Both the position numbers and the translations under genes were made by a program. Under the pieces are notes generated by a model. The model was not told where the DNA came from. It saw only the letters and a program-made list of their open reading frames with translations, and did not search any database. Of a stretch of 62,006 nt of DNA, positions 1-9,278 are shown in pieces. Source of the stretch: a virus (lineage: Duplodnaviria > Caudoviricetes); IMG/VR virus record IMGVR_UViG_3300033182_000774, positions 1-62,006 of that record, one strand, 5' to 3'. Position 1 is the stretch's first letter, and every line of letters starts with the position of its first letter.

Positions 1-602
1 AACAATCTATGAAGGATTGTCAGGAAGGACATTAACTTTATCGGTAAGCAACGCAACCGATACGATTGATGTTAAATACTACGAAAGCGGTACGCTGTTA
101 GCGACTGACACAAACATAACAGTAACAAGTGGTTCTGCGACTTCAACTGTTCCTTCTGCGGTTTATGGGCAGACTGCTGGGGATACGATTTCGATTCAGG
201 TGTTTAACGTGGATGGAACGCCTTCGTCTAATAATATAGATAAAACAGTCTTAGCATTACCTTCTGGTGGAACCAAAACAACTTCAGGTAATTACCACAT
301 ACACACCTTTACTACATCAGGAACCTTTACTGTCCCATCTAACCTTACTCTGAGTAACGTCGAGTATCTTGTTATTGCGGGTGGAGGTGGTGGTGGCGGT
401 TCTACTGCTGGAGGAGGAGGTGCTGGAGGTTATCGTTGTTCTGTTGCGGGTGAAACCTCTGGAGGTGGAGCAAGTGCAGAATCGACGCTTTCATTATCAA
501 CAGGTAGCTACACTGTTACTGTAGGCGGGGGTGGAGCAGGTTCACGGAGGGGTGACGCTGGCTCCCCTAACAACACTAGCGGAGTCTCCAGTGTATTTGG
601 CA
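1..602 (+). repeat. Terminal overlap, copy 1 (matches 61405-62006)
   Basis: Direct comparison: 1-132 and 464-602 identical; about 23 substitutions between 133 and 463. Confidence 0.97.
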
Positions 603-1123
603 CTATTACTTCCATAGGTGGAGGTAGGGGGTATAGTGGAAGCTCCTATGGCAGCGTCGTTGCTGCGTCCGGTGGCTCAGGAGGGGGAGGGGGTAGTTAT
701 GCCTCAAACGCCTCTCCTAACCGAAGTGATGGAGGCTCAGGCACTTCTGGACAAGGCTTCGCAGGCGGTGATGGTTTTAACCCATCTACACCCACTTACT
801 GGGGCGGTGGAGGAGGAGGAGGTGCTGGGGCCGTAGGCTCTGCTCATGTAGTGAACAATGCTAGTAGAACAGGCGGTGCAGGGCAAACATCTTCAATAAC
901 TGGGACAGCAGTTACCAGAGCAGGTGGTGGTGGCGGGGGTTGCACTACCAGTGGGACATCAGCAGGCGGTTCAGGTGGTGGAGGAAACGGCGCAGATCAG
1001 TCGGCGGGAGCAGGTTCAGATAACACAGGTGGAGGCGGTGGCGGTGGAGGCTGGTATCAAAATGGTAATGGTGGAGGAAACGGTGGTTCTGGCATCGTAA
1101 TTGTCCGCTACCAACTTCCATAG
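2..1123 (+). CDS. Glycine-rich tail fibre protein, C-terminal part (continues the ORF starting at 60665)
   Basis: HTFTTSGTF..EYLVIAGGGGGG..GGSGIVIVRY glycine-rich domain typical of phage tail proteins; in frame with the 60665 ORF through the overlap. Confidence 0.85.
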   Translation, partial: TIYEGLSGRTLTLSVSNATDTIDVKYYESGTLLATDTNITVTSGSATSTVPSAVYGQTAGDTISIQVFNVDGTPSSNNIDKTVLALPSGGTKTTSGNYHIHTFTTSGTFTVPSNLTLSNVEYLVIAGGGGGGGSTAGGGGAGGYRCSVAGETSGGGASAESTLSLSTGSYTVTVGGGGAGSRRGDAGSPNNTSGVSSVFGTITSIGGGRGYSGSSYGSVVAASGGSGGGGGSYASNASPNRSDGGSGTSGQGFAGGDGFNPSTPTYWGGGGGGGAGAVGSAHVVNNASRTGGAGQTSSITGTAVTRAGGGGGGCTTSGTSAGGSGGGGNGADQSAGAGSDNTGGGGGGGGWYQNGNGGGNGGSGIVIVRYQLP

Positions 1124-1137
1124 AGAGGATCAACTAA

Positions 1138-1527
1138 ATGTCACATTACGCAAAAGTGGAAGACGGAATTGTAACAAAAGTGATTGTTGCAGAAGCAGAG
1201 TTTTTTGATACCTACGTTGATGATACCCCCGGCGAGTGGGTGAAAACCTCATATAACATGGGAGGTGGCGTTTACTATATAAATAATGTACCAGCCGAGG
1301 ATCAATCGGTTATCGAAGGAGATGAAGCAAGACAACGGAAGAACTATGCAGGGATAGGTTACTCATACGACAAAGAGCGTGATGCCTTTATTCCCCCAAA
1401 ACCATTTCCAAGCTGGGTTATTAACGAAGACACTTGCTTATGGGATGCCCCAATCGAATACCCAGACGATGGGAATATGTATCGATGGAACGAAGAAACA
1501 CAAACTTGGGATCAGATAAATGCCTGA
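1138..1527 (+). CDS. Conserved phage protein next to tail fibres (possible fibre assembly protein)
   Basis: MSHYAKVEDGIV..RKNYAGIGYSYD..DAFIPPKPFPSW..W pattern; GAGGA RBS. Confidence 0.7.
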   Translation: MSHYAKVEDGIVTKVIVAEAEFFDTYVDDTPGEWVKTSYNMGGGVYYINNVPAEDQSVIEGDEARQRKNYAGIGYSYDKERDAFIPPKPFPSWVINEDTCLWDAPIEYPDDGNMYRWNEETQTWDQINA

Positions 1528-3343
1528 AACACGAGCCAGATTCTTATCAAACCTGATAGGTGCTACCAGCACCGACAATGACTTCACTCTGCCTGATACT
1601 GCGGTATCTGGGACGGATAACAAGGTTCTGACTTCTCAGGGTGATGGGACAGTTACTTGGGAAGAAACAACTGTTGCGCCCACGATTACTTCTCTTACTT
1701 ACCCAACTCAAAACGGAGTACAAGCAACAGCATTAGCCGCTACTGGGGCGCAAGACGATACAGCAGAAACTTTATTAATTAACGGTCAAAACTTAGGTGG
1801 TGCTTCTGTTCCACCCACAGTTGAAATACAGGTTTCAGGAAATTATGTACCTTTTGCAGGAACAGTTACTTGCAATTCTAATGGTACAATTGTTACTTGT
1901 TCAAGCGTAACAAAACGTGCTGCTGCTGATGGATATAATGTTAGATTAACTCATGGGAGTAATAATTTAACTGCATTAACTAATGTCAATTTTAGTGCTG
2001 ATCCTTCTTTTACAACTGCATCTGATTTAGGTCACATATATGAGGCACAATCGTTATCTAAGACAATTGTTGCAACGGGGGATGGAACAGTTAGTTATAG
2101 TGAGGGTACTACCACGCTACCAAGTTGGATTACATTAACAGGAGCAACTGGTGCATTAACTGGAACTGCTCCAAGCGTATCAAGTACAACTCAACAAAAT
2201 TTTGATATTATAGCTCAAGATTCCCAAAACCAAACGCATACAAGAAATTTCACAATCACAACATTAGACACTAATGTAAGTTTTGGTTCTCTTTATTCTT
2301 TTGCTAAAGCTCTAAGTACAACATCTAATCAAACAACACCAACCAACAAAGGTACTCTTACAATAAATAGTGTCAGTCTTGGTAATTATGGTTATGTAAA
2401 GTATGGGTCAGACACGACAATTAGTAGTTTTAGTAATAGTGATTGGTTTGCAGGAACCGCAGACACATACAGTTCATGGGTTATTGTTGATGGAAATCTT
2501 ACAATTAATTCAGGCCAAATATTAAGGCCCAGTGATAGAAAGTTGTTCACTGTACTTTATGTTACTGGGAATTTAACTGTTAATGGTGAAATTTCTATGA
2601 CAATGAGAGGGGCCAACCATAGTGGTACTGGTAATAGTGTTGGTTCAACTACAGCCGGTAATATTCGTATTATAGATGGTACATACGGATCATACACAAA
2701 CCCCACAATTCCTGCTACTGGAGGCACTGGAGCAAGTAGCTGGCAACATGGCACCACCCGCCCAACAGTAGGCACAACGCCAAATTTTGGAACAGGGGGT
2801 GGAGGTAATGGGGGTGCAGCAGAACAAACTGGAACTGCTTCGGGTGGAGGAGGAGCAAACGGAACTTCATTTACTGGTGGTAGTGCTGGTGGTGCATCTT
2901 ATATTGCGAATCCAGATGGTAATATAACAATATCTGGAGGTGATGCTGTAGCTAATGGAGGTGCTGGAGGTACTGGTAATAGTGGTGGATACTATGGGGC
3001 ATCTGGAGGTGCAGGGAACCCAGCAGGATCAAGTCAAAATGGTACTTATGGTTCAATCACTTCAGTTACAACTGGAACTGGTGGTGTTCTTGTGATTTTT
3101 GTTAAAGGTACATATTCAGGAAGTGGTTCAGTTTCCGCTAATGGTGGCCCGGGAAATTCAGGAAGCGGAGAATCCTATGTATCAGGAGAAGGTTCAGGAG
3201 GAGGTATGGCTACTGTATTTTGTGGCACAAATAGCTCTGGGCCTTCACCAACTGCAACTGCTGGTAATCATGGTAATAACTCATCAAATCCTAAATCTTC
3301 TGGTGATGGGTTTACGGCAATAATTGCAGGAACTTTACCATAA
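1520..3343 (+). CDS. Tail fibre or receptor-binding protein with Ig-like and glycine-rich domains
   Basis: NKVLTSQGDGTVTW fibre motif; LPSWITL..GALTGT Ig-like (He_PIG-type) motif; Gly/Thr/Ser-rich C-terminus. Confidence 0.8.
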   Translation: MPETRARFLSNLIGATSTDNDFTLPDTAVSGTDNKVLTSQGDGTVTWEETTVAPTITSLTYPTQNGVQATALAATGAQDDTAETLLINGQNLGGASVPPTVEIQVSGNYVPFAGTVTCNSNGTIVTCSSVTKRAAADGYNVRLTHGSNNLTALTNVNFSADPSFTTASDLGHIYEAQSLSKTIVATGDGTVSYSEGTTTLPSWITLTGATGALTGTAPSVSSTTQQNFDIIAQDSQNQTHTRNFTITTLDTNVSFGSLYSFAKALSTTSNQTTPTNKGTLTINSVSLGNYGYVKYGSDTTISSFSNSDWFAGTADTYSSWVIVDGNLTINSGQILRPSDRKLFTVLYVTGNLTVNGEISMTMRGANHSGTGNSVGSTTAGNIRIIDGTYGSYTNPTIPATGGTGASSWQHGTTRPTVGTTPNFGTGGGGNGGAAEQTGTASGGGGANGTSFTGGSAGGASYIANPDGNITISGGDAVANGGAGGTGNSGGYYGASGGAGNPAGSSQNGTYGSITSVTTGTGGVLVIFVKGTYSGSGSVSANGGPGNSGSGESYVSGEGSGGGMATVFCGTNSSGPSPTATAGNHGNNSSNPKSSGDGFTAIIAGTLP

Positions 3344-3594
3344 GAATACAAAGATATAAACATGAGTGGACATAGCCCAAACCTAGTAGCCTTCGCATGA
3401 GTGGCTACCCTAAAATAAAATACGGCTATCTTTTAGATTATGAAAGTTTCTTAAAATAATCCTGCTTATGTTACCGAAACAGATTTCGGAAACACTCACA
3501 CTAAGTGTGACACCCAGTCATATAGAAATTCCCGCTTTTTATGTGGGATTTTAGATATGAAAGGCTCTAACACCAGAAGTGAAAGAAGAATGAA

Positions 3595-3993
3595 ATGAAG
3601 TACATAAAACCGATTAGCACGGCGGTGCTGATCGTGTTGTTTGGCGTTGGGGTCATGACCATGATCGTGGCTCTAACGGGATGCAGCACGTCCCAGCCTC
3701 CAGCCCACAAACCACATCCCTATTCCGGGGACCACAAAGTCTCCCAGCTTCGAGGCATGTTCTCTGTCTGCCTACAGACAAGGATGAGAGCATTGCCTGG
3801 ATTCCCAGGTGCGATCCACTTTTCTCACTGCGACTGCGTCGTGGACAAGTCAAGGGAGCAATATAGCTCTAGCGACTACAGCACTGTAAGCAGTACTGAA
3901 CTGGAGATTTTCTTCAGGGACGCTTCTATTGAGTGCGACGTTGAGAGAAAAATGTTGGAAACAAAGACCAAGCCTGACCCAGCTACGCTATGA
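3595..3993 (+). CDS. Predicted lipoprotein in the lysis region
   Basis: Basic N-terminus, hydrophobic stretch, LTGC lipobox; Cys-containing mature part. Confidence 0.65.
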   Translation: MKYIKPISTAVLIVLFGVGVMTMIVALTGCSTSQPPAHKPHPYSGDHKVSQLRGMFSVCLQTRMRALPGFPGAIHFSHCDCVVDKSREQYSSSDYSTVSSTELEIFFRDASIECDVERKMLETKTKPDPATL

Positions 3994-4319
3994 ACCCCGC
4001 CGACCAGGAGTACTACAACTATGCACATAAACCAGAGGCAGTTATGGAAATAGAAACGTTAGTCAGCCTAGTTGAAAGAATTGGGCTGCCAGCGGTGATT
4101 ATCGCCGCCGCTTTTTGGTATATCAGGTATTCGACTGATTTGGCGAAGCGTGAGAGGGAAGAAATGTGGAAAAAGGACTCATCTAATGATGAACGTCTAA
4201 TGCGCCTCGTCGAAACCACAACGGCCGTGATGCAGGAAATGAAGGCGGCACTTAATGCAAACACAGAAACCATGAAGGAACTCCTCATGGAATTCCGACT
4301 CACAGCAAGTAAGAAATAA
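3990..4319 (+). CDS. Holin-like membrane protein (one TM helix plus coiled coil)
   Basis: RIGLPAVIIAAAFWYI TM helix followed by heptads; upstream of the endolysin. Confidence 0.55.
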   Translation: MNPADQEYYNYAHKPEAVMEIETLVSLVERIGLPAVIIAAAFWYIRYSTDLAKREREEMWKKDSSNDERLMRLVETTTAVMQEMKAALNANTETMKELLMEFRLTASKK

Positions 4320-4678
4320 TGGAAACGATAACAGAAAAGACAACAGTTAAGGGTAAACCTGAAAAAATTAAAGTTGCTGCACCAGTTTATACAGTAACAG
4401 AAAAGATCGTTTTAAGACGGGCATCGTTTAGGTTTTTACTGGCCATACTAATCTTGGGGATATACGCATTTACCATATATAGTTTGATGTACACATCACC
4501 AACTTTAGATCCGAGTATGAATACGCTTCTTGTAAGTACGATAGGAGCGCTGACGGTGTTAATTTCGCAGATCGGATCGTTTATGTACGGCGACCCAAAA
4601 AGCGATACTAGCGACGGGAATGGTGATGATAAAAACGGCAAATCTGAAAAGAAGCCAGAAGAATCTGTAAACATTTAA
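4319..4678 (+). CDS. Two-TM membrane protein (holin candidate)
   Basis: Two hydrophobic segments, charged tail, translationally coupled. Confidence 0.55.
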   Translation: METITEKTTVKGKPEKIKVAAPVYTVTEKIVLRRASFRFLLAILILGIYAFTIYSLMYTSPTLDPSMNTLLVSTIGALTVLISQIGSFMYGDPKSDTSDGNGDDKNGKSEKKPEESVNI

Positions 4679-4691
4679 TAAAGGGGAAAAC

Positions 4692-4880
4692 ATGTTAGTT
4701 GGAATGTTGATGAACGCGATTCAAGGGCTGGTCGCAGACCAGGCTCAAAGTTTGATGAAGGAGCATGTGCTTGGGAAATTAGAAGAACACTTAACCGATG
4801 ATGCAAAAAAAGAACTGGACGAACATATCGACCAGATGACCGATAACGGGTTTAAATCAATAAAGGATATGTTTGGATAA
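4692..4880 (+). CDS. Hypothetical protein
   Basis: AAGGGG RBS; coherent operon position. Confidence 0.6.
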   Translation: MLVGMLMNAIQGLVADQAQSLMKEHVLGKLEEHLTDDAKKELDEHIDQMTDNGFKSIKDMFG

Positions 4881-4882
4881 AA

Positions 4883-4969
4883 ATGCTTATTTGTCCTAAA
4901 TGCCTATCATACCCATGCGCGTGTGATGACAATATAACCAGGAGAAAGGTTGGCAAACAAAAAAGATGA
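4883..4969 (+). CDS. 28-aa Cys-rich peptide (not in ORF track)
   Basis: MLICPKCLSYPCACDD..., fills the gap between genes. Confidence 0.4.
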   Translation: MLICPKCLSYPCACDDNITRRKVGKQKR

Positions 4970-5165
4970 GTATGAACTTTACCATAGTTCTACTCGCATG
5001 AAAAAAGAGCGGGCTATGCGTAATAAAGCCCGCAGAAAAATGAAACGAAAACATGGGTTTTTAGATCGGCTGTCTGAAGTTGATCACATCGATGGCAACC
5101 CAAACAACAACAGCGACAAAAACTTGCGTTTAATTAGTCGCAGTAAAAACAGAAAAAAACAATGA
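4950..5165 (+). CDS. Small HNH-motif protein
   Basis: EVDHIDGNPNNNSDKNLRLISRSKN HNH motif; GGAG RBS with TTG start. Confidence 0.75.
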   Translation: MANKKDEYELYHSSTRMKKERAMRNKARRKMKRKHGFLDRLSEVDHIDGNPNNNSDKNLRLISRSKNRKKQ

Positions 5166-5257
5166 AATATGGTGAGGGGTTTCTAGACCGGCTTTACAAA
5201 AAGAAAAAGAAAAAGAAGGTTAGAACCCCGCAACCTAATTACGGAGTAAAAGGGTGA
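5162..5257 (+). CDS. 31-aa lysine-rich peptide (not in ORF track)
   Basis: MKYGEGFLDRLYKKKKKKKVRTPQPNYGVKG; ATGA and GTGA coupling at both ends. Confidence 0.5.
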   Translation: MKYGEGFLDRLYKKKKKKKVRTPQPNYGVKG

Positions 5258-5739
5258 AAGTAAGCGAACACTTTACAAAACGAGAATTTGAGAAATCAGG
5301 CACCGCACTGCGACTGGGGATTGACAACACGATATCCGACCCAGAACACCTAATGAACTTATCATCCCTTTGTGCAACGGTCCTTGAACCGATACGGGAG
5401 AAGTGGGGGCCAATGTCTATTTCGAGCGGGTACCGGGACGCTCGTGTTTCGGAGGCGGTGGGAAGCTCCAGCAAGAGCAGTCACTGTTTCGCCATGGCGG
5501 CAGATTTTGAATGTTTCCAAAGCCCCAGCAACCTCACTGTTTTCAATTGGATTATCAAGGAATCAGGGATCTCGTTTGACCAATGCATTGCCGAGTATTT
5601 TTCACTTCAGGAGGGGGTCGGAGAACCTTTTGACGGCTGGATTCATATTTCTAGCCAGCGTGATAAATCCAAGAACAGGAACGATATTTTACTTGCCGTT
5701 AAGAACGATGGCAAAACCGCATACGAGAGGATTAGTTAA
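5254..5739 (+). CDS. Endolysin, peptidase M15 family
   Basis: SEHFT..EF, ISSGYR, SSHC..MAAD and WIHIS zinc-peptidase motifs. Confidence 0.9.
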   Translation: MKVSEHFTKREFEKSGTALRLGIDNTISDPEHLMNLSSLCATVLEPIREKWGPMSISSGYRDARVSEAVGSSSKSSHCFAMAADFECFQSPSNLTVFNWIIKESGISFDQCIAEYFSLQEGVGEPFDGWIHISSQRDKSKNRNDILLAVKNDGKTAYERIS

Positions 5740-6617
5740 TGGCACGGACACTCAAGTGTGATGCGATCCAAGACCCAGATGGAAGCACACCGAATATATC
5801 ACTGACAGACGCTGTCACTTCCTTTGGCACCCTGCCTGTTGACATCAACGACGGGAACATCGATGGGTGTACGATCAACACCAGCGACATCACTGTTGGC
5901 CTTAATAAGACCCTTAATGTCCAGGCAGGGACGTTGACGACCAGTGAGACACAAAAAAATGACATACTGGACGGCTCCTCTGCACTTGCTTTGACAAATA
6001 TTGATACCAGCACAAATTACGCTGACGTTGAGGTGACTGGGGACCTGAAAGTTACTGGCAACAATATTAAAGATTCAGGTGGGGGTAACACCATTACAAT
6101 GGACGGGAGTAACAATGTCACAGTTTTAGGCGACCTCACTGTGACTGGCAACGATATATCTACCGCCTCAACAATGAATTTTAAGCCTGGGGGCACATCA
6201 AAGATGGAACTTCAGACAGACGGTGACCTTGTGGTAACTGGTGATGTTACTGCATTTGGGACGTTGTCTGACAAAAATATGAAACAAAACATAAAAACCC
6301 TTGAAGGTGAGGCCATGCAGAAGGTCAACAAAATCAGGGTTGTTCAGTTTCAATTTAAGCCTGAATTTCAGAATCATGAAGTTAGACAAGGAACCCAGAT
6401 CGGTTTGATTGCCCAGGAAGTGGAAGAAATCTATCCAGAGTGTGTCAAAACTAAGGATGACGGTACAAAAACAATTCAGTATGAACAACTTTGTGCTTTG
6501 CTCATAAAAGCATTGCAGGAAATCTATACACGGGGAGTCCCGCAACAAACATCGTTTGACTGGAACACCGTTCACCAGAACTCTGAAACTGGTTCAACCA
6601 CCGCTACTACAGAATAG
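5739..6617 (+). CDS. Tail fibre protein with C-terminal peptidase S74 intramolecular chaperone
   Basis: GDVTAF..SDKNMKQNI..GLIAQEVEEIYPECV..LLIKALQE. Confidence 0.85.
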   Translation: MARTLKCDAIQDPDGSTPNISLTDAVTSFGTLPVDINDGNIDGCTINTSDITVGLNKTLNVQAGTLTTSETQKNDILDGSSALALTNIDTSTNYADVEVTGDLKVTGNNIKDSGGGNTITMDGSNNVTVLGDLTVTGNDISTASTMNFKPGGTSKMELQTDGDLVVTGDVTAFGTLSDKNMKQNIKTLEGEAMQKVNKIRVVQFQFKPEFQNHEVRQGTQIGLIAQEVEEIYPECVKTKDDGTKTIQYEQLCALLIKALQEIYTRGVPQQTSFDWNTVHQNSETGSTTATTE

Positions 6618-6619
6618 TT

Positions 6620-8140
6620 ATGAGTTTCCCGAATAGTGGTGCAGTCTCATTAAACGCATTCGCAGATGAAGTAGGAGATTCGGATAATATTCACTCAATG
6701 AGTGAGTTTTATCGAAAAGCCGCTGGCCCTGTTTATGACATTGGGGACAACTCTGATATTCCTACCTCTGGCGCAATTTCATTCTCCCAACTCCGGGGCG
6801 CATCTGCTGTTGTTAAAAGAAACACAAGTGATGGGGTCCTTGATAATTCGTTTGGTGCAACCAGCCTTGCTGGCTACTTTAATGCTACGGAAAAAGCAAA
6901 TAAGGTCTGTCATCTTACAGTAGACACTGTGATTGGTGGTAACGCACTTCCTCAAGCAGGCAGTGTCAACACTGGAGCGTTCAATTCAGGTGATCCAGTT
7001 TATGTAGACATAACCTCAAATGGGGGCATTCATGGGGGTAATGGGGCGCCTGGAAGTGCTGGTAACGTAAACATGAACGGCAATGGAAATAACGATAACA
7101 CCCAGACAACCAATAACCCCAATAATGGTGGACCAGGAGGAACGGGTCTAGTTTTCGCCAGCAACCCCACCACAGGTGCGGAACAACAGGTAATACTTAC
7201 TCCCGGTTCTGATGCAAGAATTCTAGGTGGGGGAGGTGGCGGCGGGGGCGCAGGCATCTGGAACCCCGGGACAAGAGGAAATGGTCAGGTTAGGAACAAC
7301 CCCACCGCAGCAAAAGCTAATGAAGTTTATATTGTCCCGCCACATTGGCCATTAAAATTTAACAATAACCCCACAACCATTCATGTAACCACTAACTGGA
7401 ATGCATACGCCCCTTTAACTGTCAATTGGGATGCAAGACCAGCAGTAGAAGGTGGAGAATATTCCACACCTTATTCTAGCCGAAATAATGGTAATAAGCC
7501 TAATTGGGCATCTAATAATGCCTCTAGTGTAGGTAGCAATAACGGGAACGCTGGAGCCGCTGGTCAGCCCGGCAATGCTGGGAACCCAGGCACTGGAGTT
7601 GCTCCAGGGTCAGGTAACAATGGGAACCCTGGACATCCTGGGGTCATTACCCCACCAACTATAGATCCCAATAATTTCCCTACTGTCACAGTCCAAGACA
7701 TAACAAATACCCCACTTCATAGTGCCCCCAATACAGGGTGGGGTATTATGTCGAGTGGTCCTGTGGTTCAAGGTAGTGCTGGAAACCCTAACTACTACAC
7801 CCAATATCAACTTCACGCAATGGTTCACTCTTCTACTGGTAACTACCCTGGCATAGGGAGTGTGTGTATTTTTGGAAGGCATCAGAATGTTTCTTACGGC
7901 GTAGGTCAAGGCTGGGGGAATTACTACAGGACTTGGCCAGTAAATAGCTACCATTGGCAGATTTATGGAGGTGGAGTAAACACAGGTAGTGTTGGGAACG
8001 TCAACGCAGAAGCAAACAGCGGCAATCCAGGCACCTTAATTGGTGTTGGGAATGGTGGTCCAGCGGGGGCAAAATATATTAATGGGAACACACATCCTAG
8101 TATTAATTTTGGCGATTTAGACCCTGGTACTACTCCATGA
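6620..8140 (+). CDS. Gly/Asn/Pro-rich tail fibre or adhesin
   Basis: SGAVSL..SMSEFYR..IPTSGAISFSQLRG N-terminal motif common in phage adhesins; short collagen-like G-X-Y runs. Confidence 0.75.
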   Translation: MSFPNSGAVSLNAFADEVGDSDNIHSMSEFYRKAAGPVYDIGDNSDIPTSGAISFSQLRGASAVVKRNTSDGVLDNSFGATSLAGYFNATEKANKVCHLTVDTVIGGNALPQAGSVNTGAFNSGDPVYVDITSNGGIHGGNGAPGSAGNVNMNGNGNNDNTQTTNNPNNGGPGGTGLVFASNPTTGAEQQVILTPGSDARILGGGGGGGGAGIWNPGTRGNGQVRNNPTAAKANEVYIVPPHWPLKFNNNPTTIHVTTNWNAYAPLTVNWDARPAVEGGEYSTPYSSRNNGNKPNWASNNASSVGSNNGNAGAAGQPGNAGNPGTGVAPGSGNNGNPGHPGVITPPTIDPNNFPTVTVQDITNTPLHSAPNTGWGIMSSGPVVQGSAGNPNYYTQYQLHAMVHSSTGNYPGIGSVCIFGRHQNVSYGVGQGWGNYYRTWPVNSYHWQIYGGGVNTGSVGNVNAEANSGNPGTLIGVGNGGPAGAKYINGNTHPSINFGDLDPGTTP

Positions 8141-8709
8141 TTCTACACGGGATGGCCATAACAGAACAGCTTTGCGCTGACTGGATTCAACATTTTGACA
8201 GGTCTTTAGAAGAAGCCGAAGTTGGTGGGGAGGGTGAGTCCCGCATCGACAAAGGTGTACGCAGAAGCAATATCAGGTTTTTTGGGAGAAGGCATGGAGC
8301 TTATGACCATGTCGTCTTCTCAGTCCTACAAATTTTACAGGACCTCACTTTTGAAATTAATTCAAAGATGGGTTTCGACTTAGATCCTGTGTTTAATTTT
8401 CAGTTCACAAAATATACCGACGATGAGGAACAAACCTATGACTGGCACAACGATACAGAATTTTTTACACCAGAGGTAAGGCCAAGAAAGTTAAGTATTG
8501 CTATTCCGCTAAACCAATCAGGAGTCCATTACAAGGGTGGTGAATTTGAAATTAAAAATTGTTTAGGGAGTAACGACACAGAGCAGTATATGTTAGGCGC
8601 TGGGGAGTTTATAGCATTTCCTAGTTTCATGTTCCACAGAGTGGCCCCCGTCAAGGAAGGGGTTAGGTATTCAATAGTTACATGGTTTAGAGGACCTAAA
8701 TGGAGATAA
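8137..8709 (+). CDS. 2OG-Fe(II) oxygenase (prolyl-hydroxylase-like)
   Basis: YDWHND, RKLS, YKGGEF, FPSFMFHRVAPVKEGVRYSIVTW. Confidence 0.92.
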   Translation: MILHGMAITEQLCADWIQHFDRSLEEAEVGGEGESRIDKGVRRSNIRFFGRRHGAYDHVVFSVLQILQDLTFEINSKMGFDLDPVFNFQFTKYTDDEEQTYDWHNDTEFFTPEVRPRKLSIAIPLNQSGVHYKGGEFEIKNCLGSNDTEQYMLGAGEFIAFPSFMFHRVAPVKEGVRYSIVTWFRGPKWR

Positions 8710-9278
8710 ATGATTTTATTGGTGTTTACGAAAAACAAATAGACAGCCGAATTTGTGAAAATTTAATTAAGCATTTTAAACACTTTAAGCACTTACCTGG
8801 GTTTAGGGAGGACTCGGGAGAAAATAAAGGTTTAAACAGAAGGGATGAAGCGGTTTTCTTTGAAGAGGCGACTCTAAAAAACAGGCAGTTTGGCTCTGCT
8901 TCAGGAGACATTGGGAAATTCAATGAAAGGCTTCAAAAGTGTTTCATGGAATATACTACTCAATATGGCTTGGATTTTATGAGGGTTTCATCATTTGTGG
9001 TCAAGATGCATCATGTAAAACCGCATGAGGGATACCACGCATTTCATCCTGAAGTATCCAGCCTAGAGAGTTCCGATAGGTGTTTAGTTTGGTTGTGTTA
9101 TTTAAACGATGTCGAAAACGGAGGGGAAACGGAGTTTTTATTCCAAGGCAGAAAAATAAAACCTGAAATGGGGAAATTTTTAATTTGGCCTGCCCAGTGG
9201 ACACATACCCACAGGGGCAACCCAATTTACAAGGGTGAAAAATACTACGCAACTGGATGGTTTAATTACACACAATGA
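8700..9278 (+). CDS. 2OG-Fe(II) oxygenase (HxE variant)
   Basis: GYHAFHPE, YLNDVENGGETEF, IWPAQWTHTHRGNP..KYYATGW. Confidence 0.9.
   Translation: MEINDFIGVYEKQIDSRICENLIKHFKHFKHLPGFREDSGENKGLNRRDEAVFFEEATLKNRQFGSASGDIGKFNERLQKCFMEYTTQYGLDFMRVSSFVVKMHHVKPHEGYHAFHPEVSSLESSDRCLVWLCYLNDVENGGETEFLFQGRKIKPEMGKFLIWPAQWTHTHRGNPIYKGEKYYATGWFNYTQ

Noticed and set aside
1-602. Diversity-generating retroelement TR/VR pair
   Set aside because: Differences are not adenine-specific in either copy, are mostly synonymous, and no reverse transcriptase is encoded.
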